A stretch of DNA of 64,000 bases from Narcine bancroftii. Lineage: Eukaryota. The translations under genes were made by a program, and so were the position numbers. The stretch covers positions 29,388,001-29,452,000 of the forward strand of contig NC_091476.1 of NCBI RefSeq assembly GCF_036971445.1, given 5' to 3'. Shown in pieces: positions 36,200-48,001 of the stretch. Position 1 is the stretch's first letter; the number at the start of each line of letters is the position of its first letter. The notes beneath the pieces are model-generated. The model was not told where the DNA came from. It searched no databases and saw only the letters and a program-made list of their open reading frames with translations.

Positions 36200-37330
36200 G
36201 GCAATCAACTGAGAAGCCAAGAGCAACGGTAGACTACCTGACCCTTCAAGCCTGTCCAGTCAATATGTTCAAGGCTGGTCAGCCCCAGGCCTCGATTCAA
36301 CTATGTTGCCACTTCCATAATTGTCCTCAATTACCTACACTTGAACTACCTCCAAAACTCTATGGAATAGAGAATTTGGGATATTCACTACCACGTGTGA
36401 GAAGAAATTCCAATGCACCCTGTCTTTAATTGGCTATCCCTTTACTTTGTGGCTACAATCCACCAGTTGAAGATTTACTCAAAAGTGATAAAAAATAAAC
36501 TTTCTTCTTGTCATGAATCTTTATGATCTCATGTGTTTCAGTAAGATGACTGCTCATTCTTTTCAACTCCAAAGAGTATTGTTCTAACATTTTAATCCCT
36601 TAGTGGTAGGAGAATCCTGTCATTCCAGGTATCTCATCTGGACTGTCTACAATGCTAAAGTAGCCTTTCCTAAATAAGGAAACCACACAACAGTTCAGGT
36701 GCGGGCTCATCAGGATGCTGTACAATTCTAACACGACTTCATTTTAAACAGCAATACATAGAGGTCGACAGCATCGAGTCCACGCTGCTGAAGATCCAGC
36801 TGCGCTGGATGGGTCACGTCTCCAGAATGGAGGACCATCGCCTTCCCAAGATCGTATTATATGGCGAGCTCTCCACTGGCCACCGTGACAGAGGTGCACC
36901 AAAGAAAAGGTACAAGGACTGCCTAAAGAAATCTCTTGGTGCCTGCCACATTGACCACCGCCAGTGGGCTGATAACGCCTCAAACCGTGCATCTTGGCGC
37001 CTCACAGTTTGGCGGGCAGCAGCCTCCTTTGAAGAAGACCGCAGAGCCCACCTCACTGACAAAAGGCAAAGGAGGAAAAACCCAACACCCAACCCCAACC
37101 AACCAATTTTCCCTTGCAACCGTTGCAATCGTGTCTGCCTGTCCCGCATCGGACTGGTCAGCCACAAACGAGCCTGCAGCTGACGTGGACTTTTTACCCC
37201 CTCTTAAATCTTCGTCCGCGAAGCCAAGCCAAAGAAAAGAAGACATAGCAATAAAGGCCAATATACCAATGACCTTTTATTAGTCTTCATTAGTTCAACA
37301 TTTTTTTTTTCTCCTTGCCACACATGTTTA
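36200..37330 (-). mobile_element. Old CR1 fragment interrupted by an RTE
   Basis: Degraded reverse CR1 3' region on both sides of the RTE insertion. Confidence 0.55.
36762..37242 (+). mobile_element. Young 5'-truncated RTE (BovB-like) LINE
   Basis: Open frame SIESTLLKIQLRWMGHVSRMEDHRLPKIVLYGEL...KRYKDCLK...CNRCNRVCLSRIGLVSHKRAC to a stop at 37183. (GAA)-type tail. TSD ACATAG at 36756-36761 and 37243-37248. Confidence 0.92.
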
Positions 37331-38239
37331 TGGAAAGCAAAAATAAATAGCTGGAATAACTCGATCAGTCAAGCAACATCTGTGGAAGCAAAAGGATTGT
37401 TGTTGATGCCCAGAGTCAGGACTGAGATAGCAGAGGGAAGGTAGGCTGTGTATAGAAGAGAGAGGAGGAGTGAGATTGAGGCTGATGGGTGCCTGAAAAT
37501 CTTCCTTTGATCTGGAAACAGGTAGAGACAGAGCCTGAAAAGTGATGTAGAGAAAAAAGGCTGCAGACAAGCAAGGAGAGTCTCAGATACTCCATTCAAT
37601 CTAAGTACACCAACTGGGTCTTGTTTTAATACTTTATTCAAAGTATAAGACATTGCAGTTCTTTTTAAGTATTTGCACCTTCAGACTAAATATTGTGATC
37701 AACTCCATGACAAAAATGATAACTTCTATTAATTTTTAACACCTTTAATCTAATTTAAAAAAACACTCTTAGGGTACTTCATAGGAACATAGTAAACAAA
37801 ATAAACATTGCAGAGCCATATCAGAAGAAATTATATTTGATGCCCAAAGGTTCGGGGAAAGGGATCGGAGTTCATTGGTAGAGGAAGAGGAGGTTGAGAG
37901 TGCTAGGGGGAAGTTTGGTTCTTGGCAACTGGAGGCAAGCCCAAAATGGTGGAATGATTAACTTGAATGTGCAGATGTCAAGAGCAGATCTTTTGCTGGA
38001 AAATGTGATGAATATAGGCAGTTATCTGATGGTTGACATAGATGTGGTGGGTTGAATAGCCTGCTTCTGTCCTGAATGACCTCGGAACATTGTAAGTTTA
38101 CAAAGAGTGAATAGATTTATGAGATTTGAAAACAAGAATGAGAAAATTTAAGATCAAGGCTTTGCTTAAATAGGTGTCAGCCTAGGCCAGCAAGCCTGGG
38201 GTGATCAGTAAACAGTACATGTACATGTTAGAAAATACA

Positions 38240-38880
38240 CTCAAGTCAAGTCAAATCAAGTTTGTTGTCATCTGATTGTACAAGTACAACTCGACAAATC
38301 AGAGTTCTCCTGTCTTCAGTGCAAAACCAGGCATAATACACATAAAAAATACATAAACAGGACAAATAATTAATAGATGCAAATTTAAAAATTGTTTGGC
38401 AAATATGAGGGTCTTCGATGATTAATGTGAGCAGTTCCTTTGGTCATTCAGCATTCCCACTGCTCGTGGGAAGAAGCTGTTTCTCCATTGGTAGTTCTGG
38501 CACTGATACTCCTGTATCTCTTTTCTGACAGGAGCAACTGCAAGGTGCTGTGTGTACGGGCTGGAAGGGGTCCTCCATGATTTTGTGCACCCACTTCAGA
38601 CAAAGATTCTGGTAGTCACGTCAATGGAGGGGGAGGGAAGGTGGGGTAGGAGACTCCAGTTATCCTCTCTCCCACTCTTAGGTTCCTGTAGATTGACTTC
38701 CATTCCATTTCTCTGCAACGACCATACCACACCGTGATACAGCCAGCCAGGACGCTCTTGAGAGTGCTCCTGTAGAAGGATGACATGATGGTGGCTGATA
38801 ACCTCACTCTCTTCAGTCTTCTTGGGGTGAAGTTGCTGTTGTGCCTTCCTAACAAGTGAGAAGTGGTGCATCTATAGTGC
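38240..38880 (-). mobile_element. Rex1/Babar 3' fragment
   Basis: FYRSTLKSVLAGCITVWYG. (GACTT)n tail at about 38240-38260. Confidence 0.85.
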
Positions 38881-38914
38881 ATCTTACCATGAATAATAAA
38901 GCATTGGACTGCAG

Positions 38915-39128
38915 ATGGCCATACACATTAATTGGCAACAGGCTATTTTGGCCCACATGCTGTACCACCCAATTACACCCAATTAAACTACAATCCTTGG
39001 TATATTTTGAATGGTGGGAGCCCCTGGGGAAAACATGGGGAGAATGTACAAACTCCTTACAGGCAGCGTGGGATTCGAACCCCAGTCTCAATCGCTGGTG
39101 CTTAACCACTACACTAACAATGCCACAC
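38915..39128 (-). mobile_element. V-SINE
   Basis: GGGAGAATGTACAAACTCC and GGGATTCGAACCC. Confidence 0.8.
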
Positions 39129-40794
39129 GTTATTTTTCTTATAATCTGTTGCTCACTAGTTCACAAAACAAAATGATTCCAGGAGCTAGAATACATTGGA
39201 AATGTTCAGCAGACCTGGCAATGTGTCCAGAGGGAGAAGCACCACTTACATGTCAGAGTGGTGATCTTCCATCAGAAGAAATGTATTATTGTGTAGGTTC
39301 AACAGAGAATTAGATTCTTGCGATTTATTGCTGAGAATTTTTGAGCTTTGCCCTCTTATGTTAAACTGAAATTAGGAAAGGTTTTCATTATTTTGTTGAT
39401 GAAGGATGAATATAGCTTACCGTCTTCATTCCCTGTCTTAATTAAATTACTAATTAAAACACCATGTTTCATTCAATTTAGAAAGTGCACTGAAGGAATC
39501 TTTTGCATCCATTGACTGGGCTTTCTTTGAGATAGTGCAGAGGGCTCCAGTCTCTGATGTATAGACAGTAAAATGAAAAGTGATTCACCAAGGAGGTGCA
39601 TGTCTGATCTTGAACAAGATGTATCACAAGGCTTTGAAAATACAAAATTCTGAAAATGAGAAATTTGTAGAAGTTAAATTCAATTAGCTGCAGAACCAAT
39701 TAAGAAGATCTTTTTTTTTCCTTGGTACATAATTTATTGACATACAGATCTGGTTAGTAAAGTTCTTCCATGGCTCTTGCAAAAAAATATATACAGCATG
39801 TAGTGAATATTTTAAACTGAAGCCATGAGAATCTCACACTGGGATTATCTAGCTAAATAAAATGTGTAAATATTCAAACAGAGATGCATCTTAAGGATGA
39901 TGCAATTAAAAAAATTCAAGAAAACATTTCTTTTGGAAATGCTAAATCCTTATCTGCCGATATTTTTCTTAAAAGGAAAAGAGATTACAATGGATATCTG
40001 TCCAAAATCTCTCACAATAGGATCAACAAGACAAAAGCAAAAATTGCCAGTCAGTTACTTTGTTCTTTTGGGAAGATTAAGTTGAAACTAAAGGTGAATT
40101 GTAGCCTTCTAATGAAACATTGAGGTGCAAAATATGATTGATTACATGCAAAGTAACTAGTATGTGGTATTGCATAGTGAACTTTTAATGATGATAGGTC
40201 TCAGGCATGACAGAGCCACTTAAAAAGCAGCACAATGTGAAATGGTTAAGATGCCCCAGGAGAGTTAGACACCACTTTAAATTACAAAGTGACTGACACA
40301 AACCTCTGTCTAACTTGATTGTTTCATTAATAACACAAGTTAAAGGGATTTTAAGTCTTTGAAATGAAGAGACACAGTATTTAGGTTGACAGTTTGTCTA
40401 TGGAGGACTAATAACTCATGTTATCCGTGGGAAAGTTGAAGGAATTTACATCTACAGTTAGGATTATTTGCTTTCTTCATGTGGTAATTGTCTTTTCCTT
40501 TACTGTTGTTCATCATTTGACAAACCAGGTGACATTTTGCAATAGCATCTCTTATTTAACATTTGAAGAACTCACTTTTGTCACATCAATGTGACCTCAA
40601 GCTTGGATAGACAATGCGATATGACTTTTAGCATCAAAACTTGGACTCAGCAAAATGAGAGAGACCAGAAGAAGTCTGACTGAAGCTAGATCCCCAAGGT
40701 TGTGCTGTTTGTGGAATTTCCCCAGGAGGAAAATGGCAGTTGTTTCTCCATTGAATCGGGGGCAGTGTGACCTTTCTCATTGAATGGTCGCCAA

Positions 40795-41480
40795 TCACAT
40801 CTCTTTCTTTCTTTGGGATTAAGGATGTCTTGCTTTCCCTCCAATTTTATGGATTCTGAGGTGACAGATGAGCTTAATGTGACATGACAGAGTTAATTCA
40901 GGAGAACAGGAGATGCTTATAGGGAAGGGTGGATAGGTGTGTAGTGCGAGAGATGGTATAATCTTTCTACTGTTTACTCAAGGCTTCCAAGGGTTTCTGG
41001 TGAAGGAACTTCTCCAATAGATTTTACGCTTTTACAAGGAGGGATTGAGAACATGCCTGGATCTGTCCACTTGGTTATCCTGGAATAACATGTTGATGGA
41101 ATTTCATATTATGTGGTTGAGCTGGTCTCTCCATTAAAATTGATGAGATGTATTCAGAGCATCCATATTGAGGACTTTGGCCTGAGAAAGGAGAATAAGA
41201 TTGATTTGTTATCCTACCAGTGGATTTGGAGGATTTTACAGATACAGAGTGAGTAGTACACCTCTCTGCTTTGGGGTGATGGTTGTAGGTAGACTCATAA
41301 GTATGTAGAAGAACAGAAATTATTGCTGCCCAATAAATGATTGAGATTAGTGCTGGGTTTGAGGTCTTGACCTTCAAATAGATGCCAAAGAAATTCTTTG
41401 AAATGTTAGTAACCCAAAGCTGTAGATGTCTGTTTATCAGACTTCCTTGCATTGAAAATAACTGATCACAATTTACAGTA
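40795..41480 (-). mobile_element. Old RTE LINE fragment
   Basis: Minus-strand IIYWAAIISVLLHTYES.YNHH, a degenerate VYxAxVxSxLLYxxE motif. (GAAA)n-like tail near 40800. Confidence 0.55.
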
Positions 41481-43454
41481 TGACCCTATTTATTAGTTTG
41501 AGACAAATGTATTCAATCATGATGAACGCAAGTTAACGTAACCAAGGATTTTGACTCCTCTGCACCAAGGATGTGTGATTTACAAAAAACTTCCAGCAAA
41601 GGGACAAATATATTCAAAGATAAATTGTGTAAGTGTCACACTGGCCCAGTTTCTGCCATAGGAATGGCAGGGGAAGAATCATAATAGCATAACAGATAGG
41701 GATGTAGTAATATCTAGGACTAAATTAGAGGGATATTCCTGCCGTAAGTTGGGAAGCCAGTGGACAAAGGCAGGAACACTTTACAGTGGCAAATCGATCA
41801 CTTTCTCTGCATTCAATAAGGAGTAAGAGGTTTAGCAGAGACAAACTGATCAAATGTTCTGAGTATGATTCTTTGAAAATCATTGTCTTTCTGAAGCAAG
41901 AAAAATAAGTTATCCACTTCCTTTTCTCAAAATCCATTGTTCAAGTAGAGGGTGGAATGACTGGAGCAGCGTGTTAAAATACAGTTGCTTATAGTTGAGC
42001 AGGAGAATATTTTCACTCATTTGCTGCACATCATCCTTCTCTGAACTGGAGAGTCGACTATCTCTAAACACATTTCTAGTAACTGTATATGTGAAGTGAG
42101 AAAGAATAGGTTACTAGTAAATAATAGGAATATTGCAATTGATGAGAACTGGCAGAGACTTGATTGGCTGAATTGTCTCTTTCCATAGAAAGAGAAATGC
42201 CGAGTGTTTAACTTTATATTGTTGCTTTTAGTTAATAGTTTAATGCTATCAGTTAAAGTTATTGTATATTAACAAATATAAATAGTTTATAAAATTATTT
42301 ATATTTGTTTGGATTTTAAATGCTGTTCAATTGCAGAAAATTAAAAAAGCTTTATAGTTGGTGAGCTAGTTTAGTCAAGAGGTGGGATCTTGGGATTCAG
42401 TCCCTGAGGCTTCTTGGACAGCTCTGTAGATTGTTAAATGCTTGCAGGGTGTCGTCGAGACCTCTCCGTGTGAAAAAAAAACAGATGTGTGGGTAGAGAC
42501 TCCAGGCAGTGGTCCAGCTCCATGATGATCAGGGCACACAACAGCAATTAAAGGAAGGCTGAGTACAATACAAAAATGCCCAATGTGTGTTCATAGGTGT
42601 TCATGTGAATATTATTCATGAGCATTAGTGTATTTCTGGGACACAGAATTTCATGATTTGTGCAAATAATGATAAGGAAATATTGTGACTTGTAATTGAG
42701 CTAGAGATGGACAAGACCTCTTGGTCTTTTCAGTGGTGCTCCTGATCTAAAAATATATTAAAGTAAAGCTTGCATTTGAAATGTGCCATTTATTTGTGTC
42801 TCTGGGCTGAAAGAACATCAGCAGCCTTTTCTGTTGGATATTGAATAATCAATAAATCTTTCTTCTGCAAACTATAGAACTGGAATTTGGGGATAAAAGT
42901 GAATAAATCTTAAAGTTTTGAGGACATATTTGAGTAGATAAATTTTCCTAACATAAGACATTGAGCACAGTGACAGGCTCTTCCACCCCATGAGTCCAAT
43001 TACACCCACATGACCAATTGGTAAATATGATAGTACATTCTATCAATGTCCTCTGACCACTCCAAATGAAAATAAAATGATTACTGAGGATGTTTAAGCT
43101 GTGCTGTTTCACACTTCTTTCGAATAAGGAGGGTTGGCTGCCCAAGAATCAAGGTCATCTCCAAGACATGGCTCATGTTTCGTAAACCATTGTGAATGGT
43201 CTTTGGAACAATTTGAGAAACCAGTAACTAGCTCTGAAGCCCAAATGGAGATCAAGCAATCATCTGTGCCAGATGTGGGAAAGAAAATTCCATTTTAAAA
43301 ATAAGCATGACTGGACCTTGAGAGTGATGTTGCCTGTGGAGGGCACAATGACTCCAACTTCTGTTGCTATTGGTGTACTGTGAACTTCTCTGCAAATGCT
43401 ATCTATTATTCTTTGGAAGAAAAAAAATCATTTATTTGTTTCTAGTTAAATGTT

Positions 43455-44375
43455 GGCTGTGTTCTCAGCCCGATCCTGTTCACGCTATTGACCCACGACT
43501 GCAACACCAGATCCAGCTCCAACAGTGTCATCACATTGGCAGATGACACAACAGTAGTTGGTCTCATCAGCAACAATGATGAGTCGCACTATAGAGAGGT
43601 GGTGGAAAATCTCGTGATACGGCGTGAGAGTAACAACCTGAGTCTGAACGTGACAAGATGAAGGAGATAATCATGGACTTCAGGAGGACCAGAAATATAT
43701 CAATAACTCTGTAGTGGAGAGCACCAAGTCCCTTGGAGTTTGCTTAACTATTGACCTATCATGGACACACAACATCTTCTGATTTGTCAACAGCGACTGT
43801 ACTTCCTGAGAAGATAGAAGCAGGCAAGGCTTTCAGCCACCATCATATCAACCTTCTACAGGAGCTCTATCGAGAGTGTCCTGGCCGGCTACATCTCAGT
43901 GTGGTACAGTTGCTGAAGAGAAATGGATTGGTGGTTAATCCAGTGACTATAAGAGTGGCAGAGATGATCACTTGAGTCTCCATACCTCTCCAAAATGTAA
44001 TCTTTCATGATCATTGTCTGAAGAGGGCACACAATCATTGAGGACCCCTACCATCCCACACACAGCATCTTTCACCTGCTCCCACTGGGAAAGAGATACA
44101 GGAGTATCAGAACCAGCATTACCAGGCTGGGAAATAACTTCTTCCCAGGGACAATGAGATTGCTGAAAGAATAATGAATTGCTCACACTTACATTCCAAG
44201 ACATTACTATTTATTAAACAATGTTTATTGTATATATGAATACTTGTCCTGCATGTGTATTGCTTGTCTGTATGTGTGTTATGTCTGACTGAAAATCTGC
44301 ACGTTTTGCACTGAGGACCGGAGAACGCTGTTTCATCGGCTTGTGCAATCAGATAATAATAAAATTGACGACTTA
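43455..44375 (+). mobile_element. Rex1/Babar 3' fragment
   Basis: GCVLSPILFTLLTHDC, TLADDTTVVGLISNNDE, FYRSSIESVLAGYISVWY, followed by the 3' UTR. Confidence 0.88.
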
Positions 44376-44934
44376 TTCAAGAAAATCAGAACATACAAGC
44401 ATCCCTTTCTCAGTTTCAAATGTAAAATTCCTGACCTGACTCAAGCACAGATATATCTTTCTTTCAGATTAGTCTTGATTTTAACAGATTTGATGCATGG
44501 GTGAAGAGAGATTTGGGTGTTAGTGCTACTTGGGAGGGTCTGAAGAGATTTTAGCACTTGGGACTGCTTCATTAATGCAGGATTTGACTCCTGGCTGGCA
44601 AGAGAGGGATCGCTATTGACAAGAGTTTGGGGAAAAATGAGACAGTTGATGAAAATGAGTTTGTGGGAACTGAGGATCATCTTTATTCCTCCTTAATTTG
44701 AAGGATATTATAGAAATGATAAAACATAAGATTTTCTCAGATTTGGCCTGATGGTTGGAAATCTTGTTTCTTTGTTTATCCGAGCTCTGACACTGTATTG
44801 GAATCGAATTCACCTATTAAAAGAGGGTGTTTTCTTGTCAGGTTGGCATTCATGACCAATACAATTTTAAATTGGAGTTGAACTGATTGGGGTATTAAGA
44901 TTGTTAACTTGCCACTAAAACTGTTTTTAGTAAA

Positions 44935-45040
44935 AAAAATACAATGCTGGAGAAACTCATCAGGTCAAATAGCTTATGTTATAGCAAAGATAAAAATACA
45001 TAAGTAATGTTTCGGGCTTGATCCCTTCATTAAGGTATGA
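44935..45040 (-). mobile_element. Penelope-like terminal repeat with degenerate hammerhead core
   Basis: Minus strand reads CTTAATGA-A-GGGAT-CA-AGCCC-GAAAC-ATT. Confidence 0.65.
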
Positions 45041-45460
45041 TACTTCAGAGCTATAAAAATTAACTACAAAATGTATAAGGAAACTACATACTTGGTTAAA
45101 ACTATCAACTTAAGAATATATATTGTTTCAAATTTAAAAAAGATGAGAATATAAATTCTCCCCAAACTGACGAATTAACGCCATGTATTTTTAATCAATT
45201 GATTCAACCATTGGATCCAAAAAATACCCACATTGCTGTCTTGGCTAAATTACATCTTGTGGAAGAGGTATTTTACTTCATATCTGCTTGGCATTTGTTC
45301 TTTGTTTTCCTTTGGTTTAATTCTCACCAGTAAGTCTTCAGGGAAATGTTATGCGGTAGGTGGAGAAGTCTTGCATCGAGCTGTCTATCCAGATTATTAC
45401 TGGGCACACTGCAGAATAATAATTTTCTCTAACTCATTTAGACATTAAGCCAATCGCTTT

Positions 45461-45489
45461 CACACACACACACACACACACATACATAC

Positions 45490-45536
<47 letters not shown>
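45461..45536. repeat. (CA)n/(CATA) microsatellite
   Basis: Visible dinucleotide run. Confidence 0.97.
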
Positions 45537-45538
<2 letters not shown>

Positions 45539-45934
45539 GCTTTCAATGAAGCAATGTGTTTTTGATGAAAAAAAATTCCCTTCACTGACAGTGCCAAAAT
45601 TTGTTATCTTGGATTCTGAGAATTCATTCCATTTAAATGAAGAACAGTATATTTGTTAAATGAACACAAATTATATTATTTTTCCAGATCTAAACCTAAT
45701 GGGGTAAAACTTGATCTGTGTTGATTTTTGAACAACAGGAAATCAAATCAAACAGGAAGTGAATCCAAGGATCATCTTTTTGAATGGCAGCACATGTTCA
45801 AGAGGCTGCATAGCCTAAATCTGCTCCTATTTCTTAGTTATTATAGAGCAGGCTTTAAAAGACCCTGCTCCCACTGTTAACAACTTGATTACCTCATGCT
45901 CCTTATAAAATGAAATCGGAAGCACCTTGTCCGA

Positions 45935-46885
45935 ACACCAGAGAGGTGTTCCACAGGGGTCAGTGTTGAAGCCACTTCTTTTTACGTTTTATATAAATGA
46001 TTTAGATTCTGGAATAGATGACTTTGTGGTTAAATTTGCAGGTGATACCAACGTAGGTGGTAGTGGAGGTGGTGCTGAAGATACCAAAAGGCTGTAGAGA
46101 AACTTGGATAGATTAGGAGAATGGGCAAATGAAATACAATGTTGGAAAGTGTATGGTCATGCACTTTAATAGAAGAATTAAATGGGCAGACTATTATTTA
46201 CATGGAGATAAAACTCAACATTTAGAGGTGCAAATGGACTTGGGAGTCCTCGTGCAGAATATCCTAAAGGTTGACTTCCAAATTGAGTCTGTGGTGAAGA
46301 AGGTAAATGCAATGTTGGCATTTATTTCTAGAGAAATAGCATATAAGAGCAGGGATGTAATATTGAAACTCTATAGTAAGACCTCACTTGGAGTACTTTA
46401 TTTGGGAAAGAATGTGCTGATGTTGGAAAGGGTTCAGAGAATTAGATTAGAATGAAAGGGTTAGCATATGAGGAATGACTGTTGGCTCCTGGACAGTACT
46501 TGCTGGAGAACAGAAGGATGAGAGGGGACCTCGTAGAGGCAATTTGAATGCTGAAAGGTATGGTGTGGCAAGGGCTTTCTTGTTAAAGTGGGCATAACTT
46601 AAGGGTAAAAGAGCATCAATTAAAACAGAGATGTGGAAAAGTTTCTTTAGTCCGAAGGTCATGCGTCTGTGGAACTTTTTGCCCAAGATTGCTGTGAAAA
46701 CGAAGCCATTTGGTATATTTAAGGAAGAGATTGACAGGTATTTGATTAGTCAGGGCATCAAGTGTTACAAGGAGAAAGCCAGGGATGGGGCTGAGTGGGT
46801 GGATGGATCAACTCATGATTAGAATGGCAGAGCAGACTTGATGGGCTAATGAGCCTACTTCTGCAGTGATATCTTGTGATCTTGA
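45935..46885 (+). mobile_element. CR1 LINE 3' part
   Basis: GVPQGSVL, KFAGDT, MKYNVGKCMVMHF, KKVNAMLAFISR, FFSPKVMRLWN. Confidence 0.88.
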
Positions 46886-46904
46886 GAGATCCATTCATGG
46901 AAAT

Positions 46905-47300
46905 AGAATACAATGTACATAACATGGTAGCACAGGAATCTGCCCTTCTGCCCATGTGTCTGTGCTGAACATAATGTCCAAATCAAATTAAAATTGTGCT
47001 GTTTGCTCTTCATAGCTATCCTTCCATGGCCTTCATATTCACAAGTCTATCTAGAAGCATCTTAAATGGTACTCTTGTATCTGCTTCCACCACTACTCCT
47101 GCAGCACATTTCAGGCACCCACCACTCTCTGAGTACAATATGTGCCACACACATCATTTACAAACATCCTCATCCTTATCATAAATGGCACAATATGCTT
47201 TTACCATGGGGGAAGATTCTGTCTGTCTGCTCCATCAATGCTTTTCCTGATTTTATCAACCTCTCTCAGGTCTTCCCTCAGCCTCCTACACTCCAGGGAA
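46905..47300 (-). mobile_element. CR1 3' fragment
   Basis: Reverse CR1 3' UTR and ORF2 end (CCCACCACTCTCTGAGT). Confidence 0.7.
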
Positions 47301-47741
47301 AATTCTCCCTACAGCTTCATAGCAATTCTCAACCTTTATTTGCTATTCTCCCCTTAGAAGTCTGTTCAAAATTTATGGTCTCCTTCCCTGTGTAACAGTC
47401 AAGTTTACTCCATAGGATATAGGAGCAGAAGTCGACCATTCAGCCCATCAAGGCTGCCCCACCATTCTATCACGAGCTGATCCATTCTTCCATTCAGTTC
47501 CATTCCCCAGCCTTCTTCTCATAACTTTTGATACCCGATCCATTTAGGCACATTTAAATCTCTGCCTAAAACACAACCTACAACTTGGCTTCCACAGCTC
47601 CCCCAGCTGAAAATTCCAAAGGTTCACCATTCTCTGACTAAAGAAAATCCTCCTCATCTCTGTTTGAAATGGGCACCCTTTAAACCTGAAGTTATGCCCT
47701 TTTGTTCTTGACTCCCCTACCATGGGAAGCAACTTTTCCAC

Positions 47742-47962
47742 TATAATGCATGTCGAAAGAACCAAAGACCTGTTGATCCAAACCAAGACTTTTATTAACT
47801 AAAAGTAGGTCGACCAGTCCAGAATGACCTGGTCTGGCTAGGAGCAATCTTTTAAGACCTGCCAGTCAGTGTGGGTACACTCTCAGCCAATCACAGTCAT
47901 CCTACACTACTATCTGTACATATGTACATATACACATTGGTGATAGAATCTGTACTATCACA
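47742..47962 (-). repeat. 3' LTR of Gypsy element 2
   Basis: Direct repeat of 50501-50731 with an 18-bp deletion. Adjacent to the PPT. Confidence 0.92.
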
Positions 47963-48001
47963 TCACCCCTTCTTTGAGAACCACCCCAGGGTGGATGGAG
48001 A

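Noticed and set aside
42355-42560. Possible plus-strand tRNA-derived SINE of another family
   Set aside because: A/B-box similarity is too degenerate to call without a library search.
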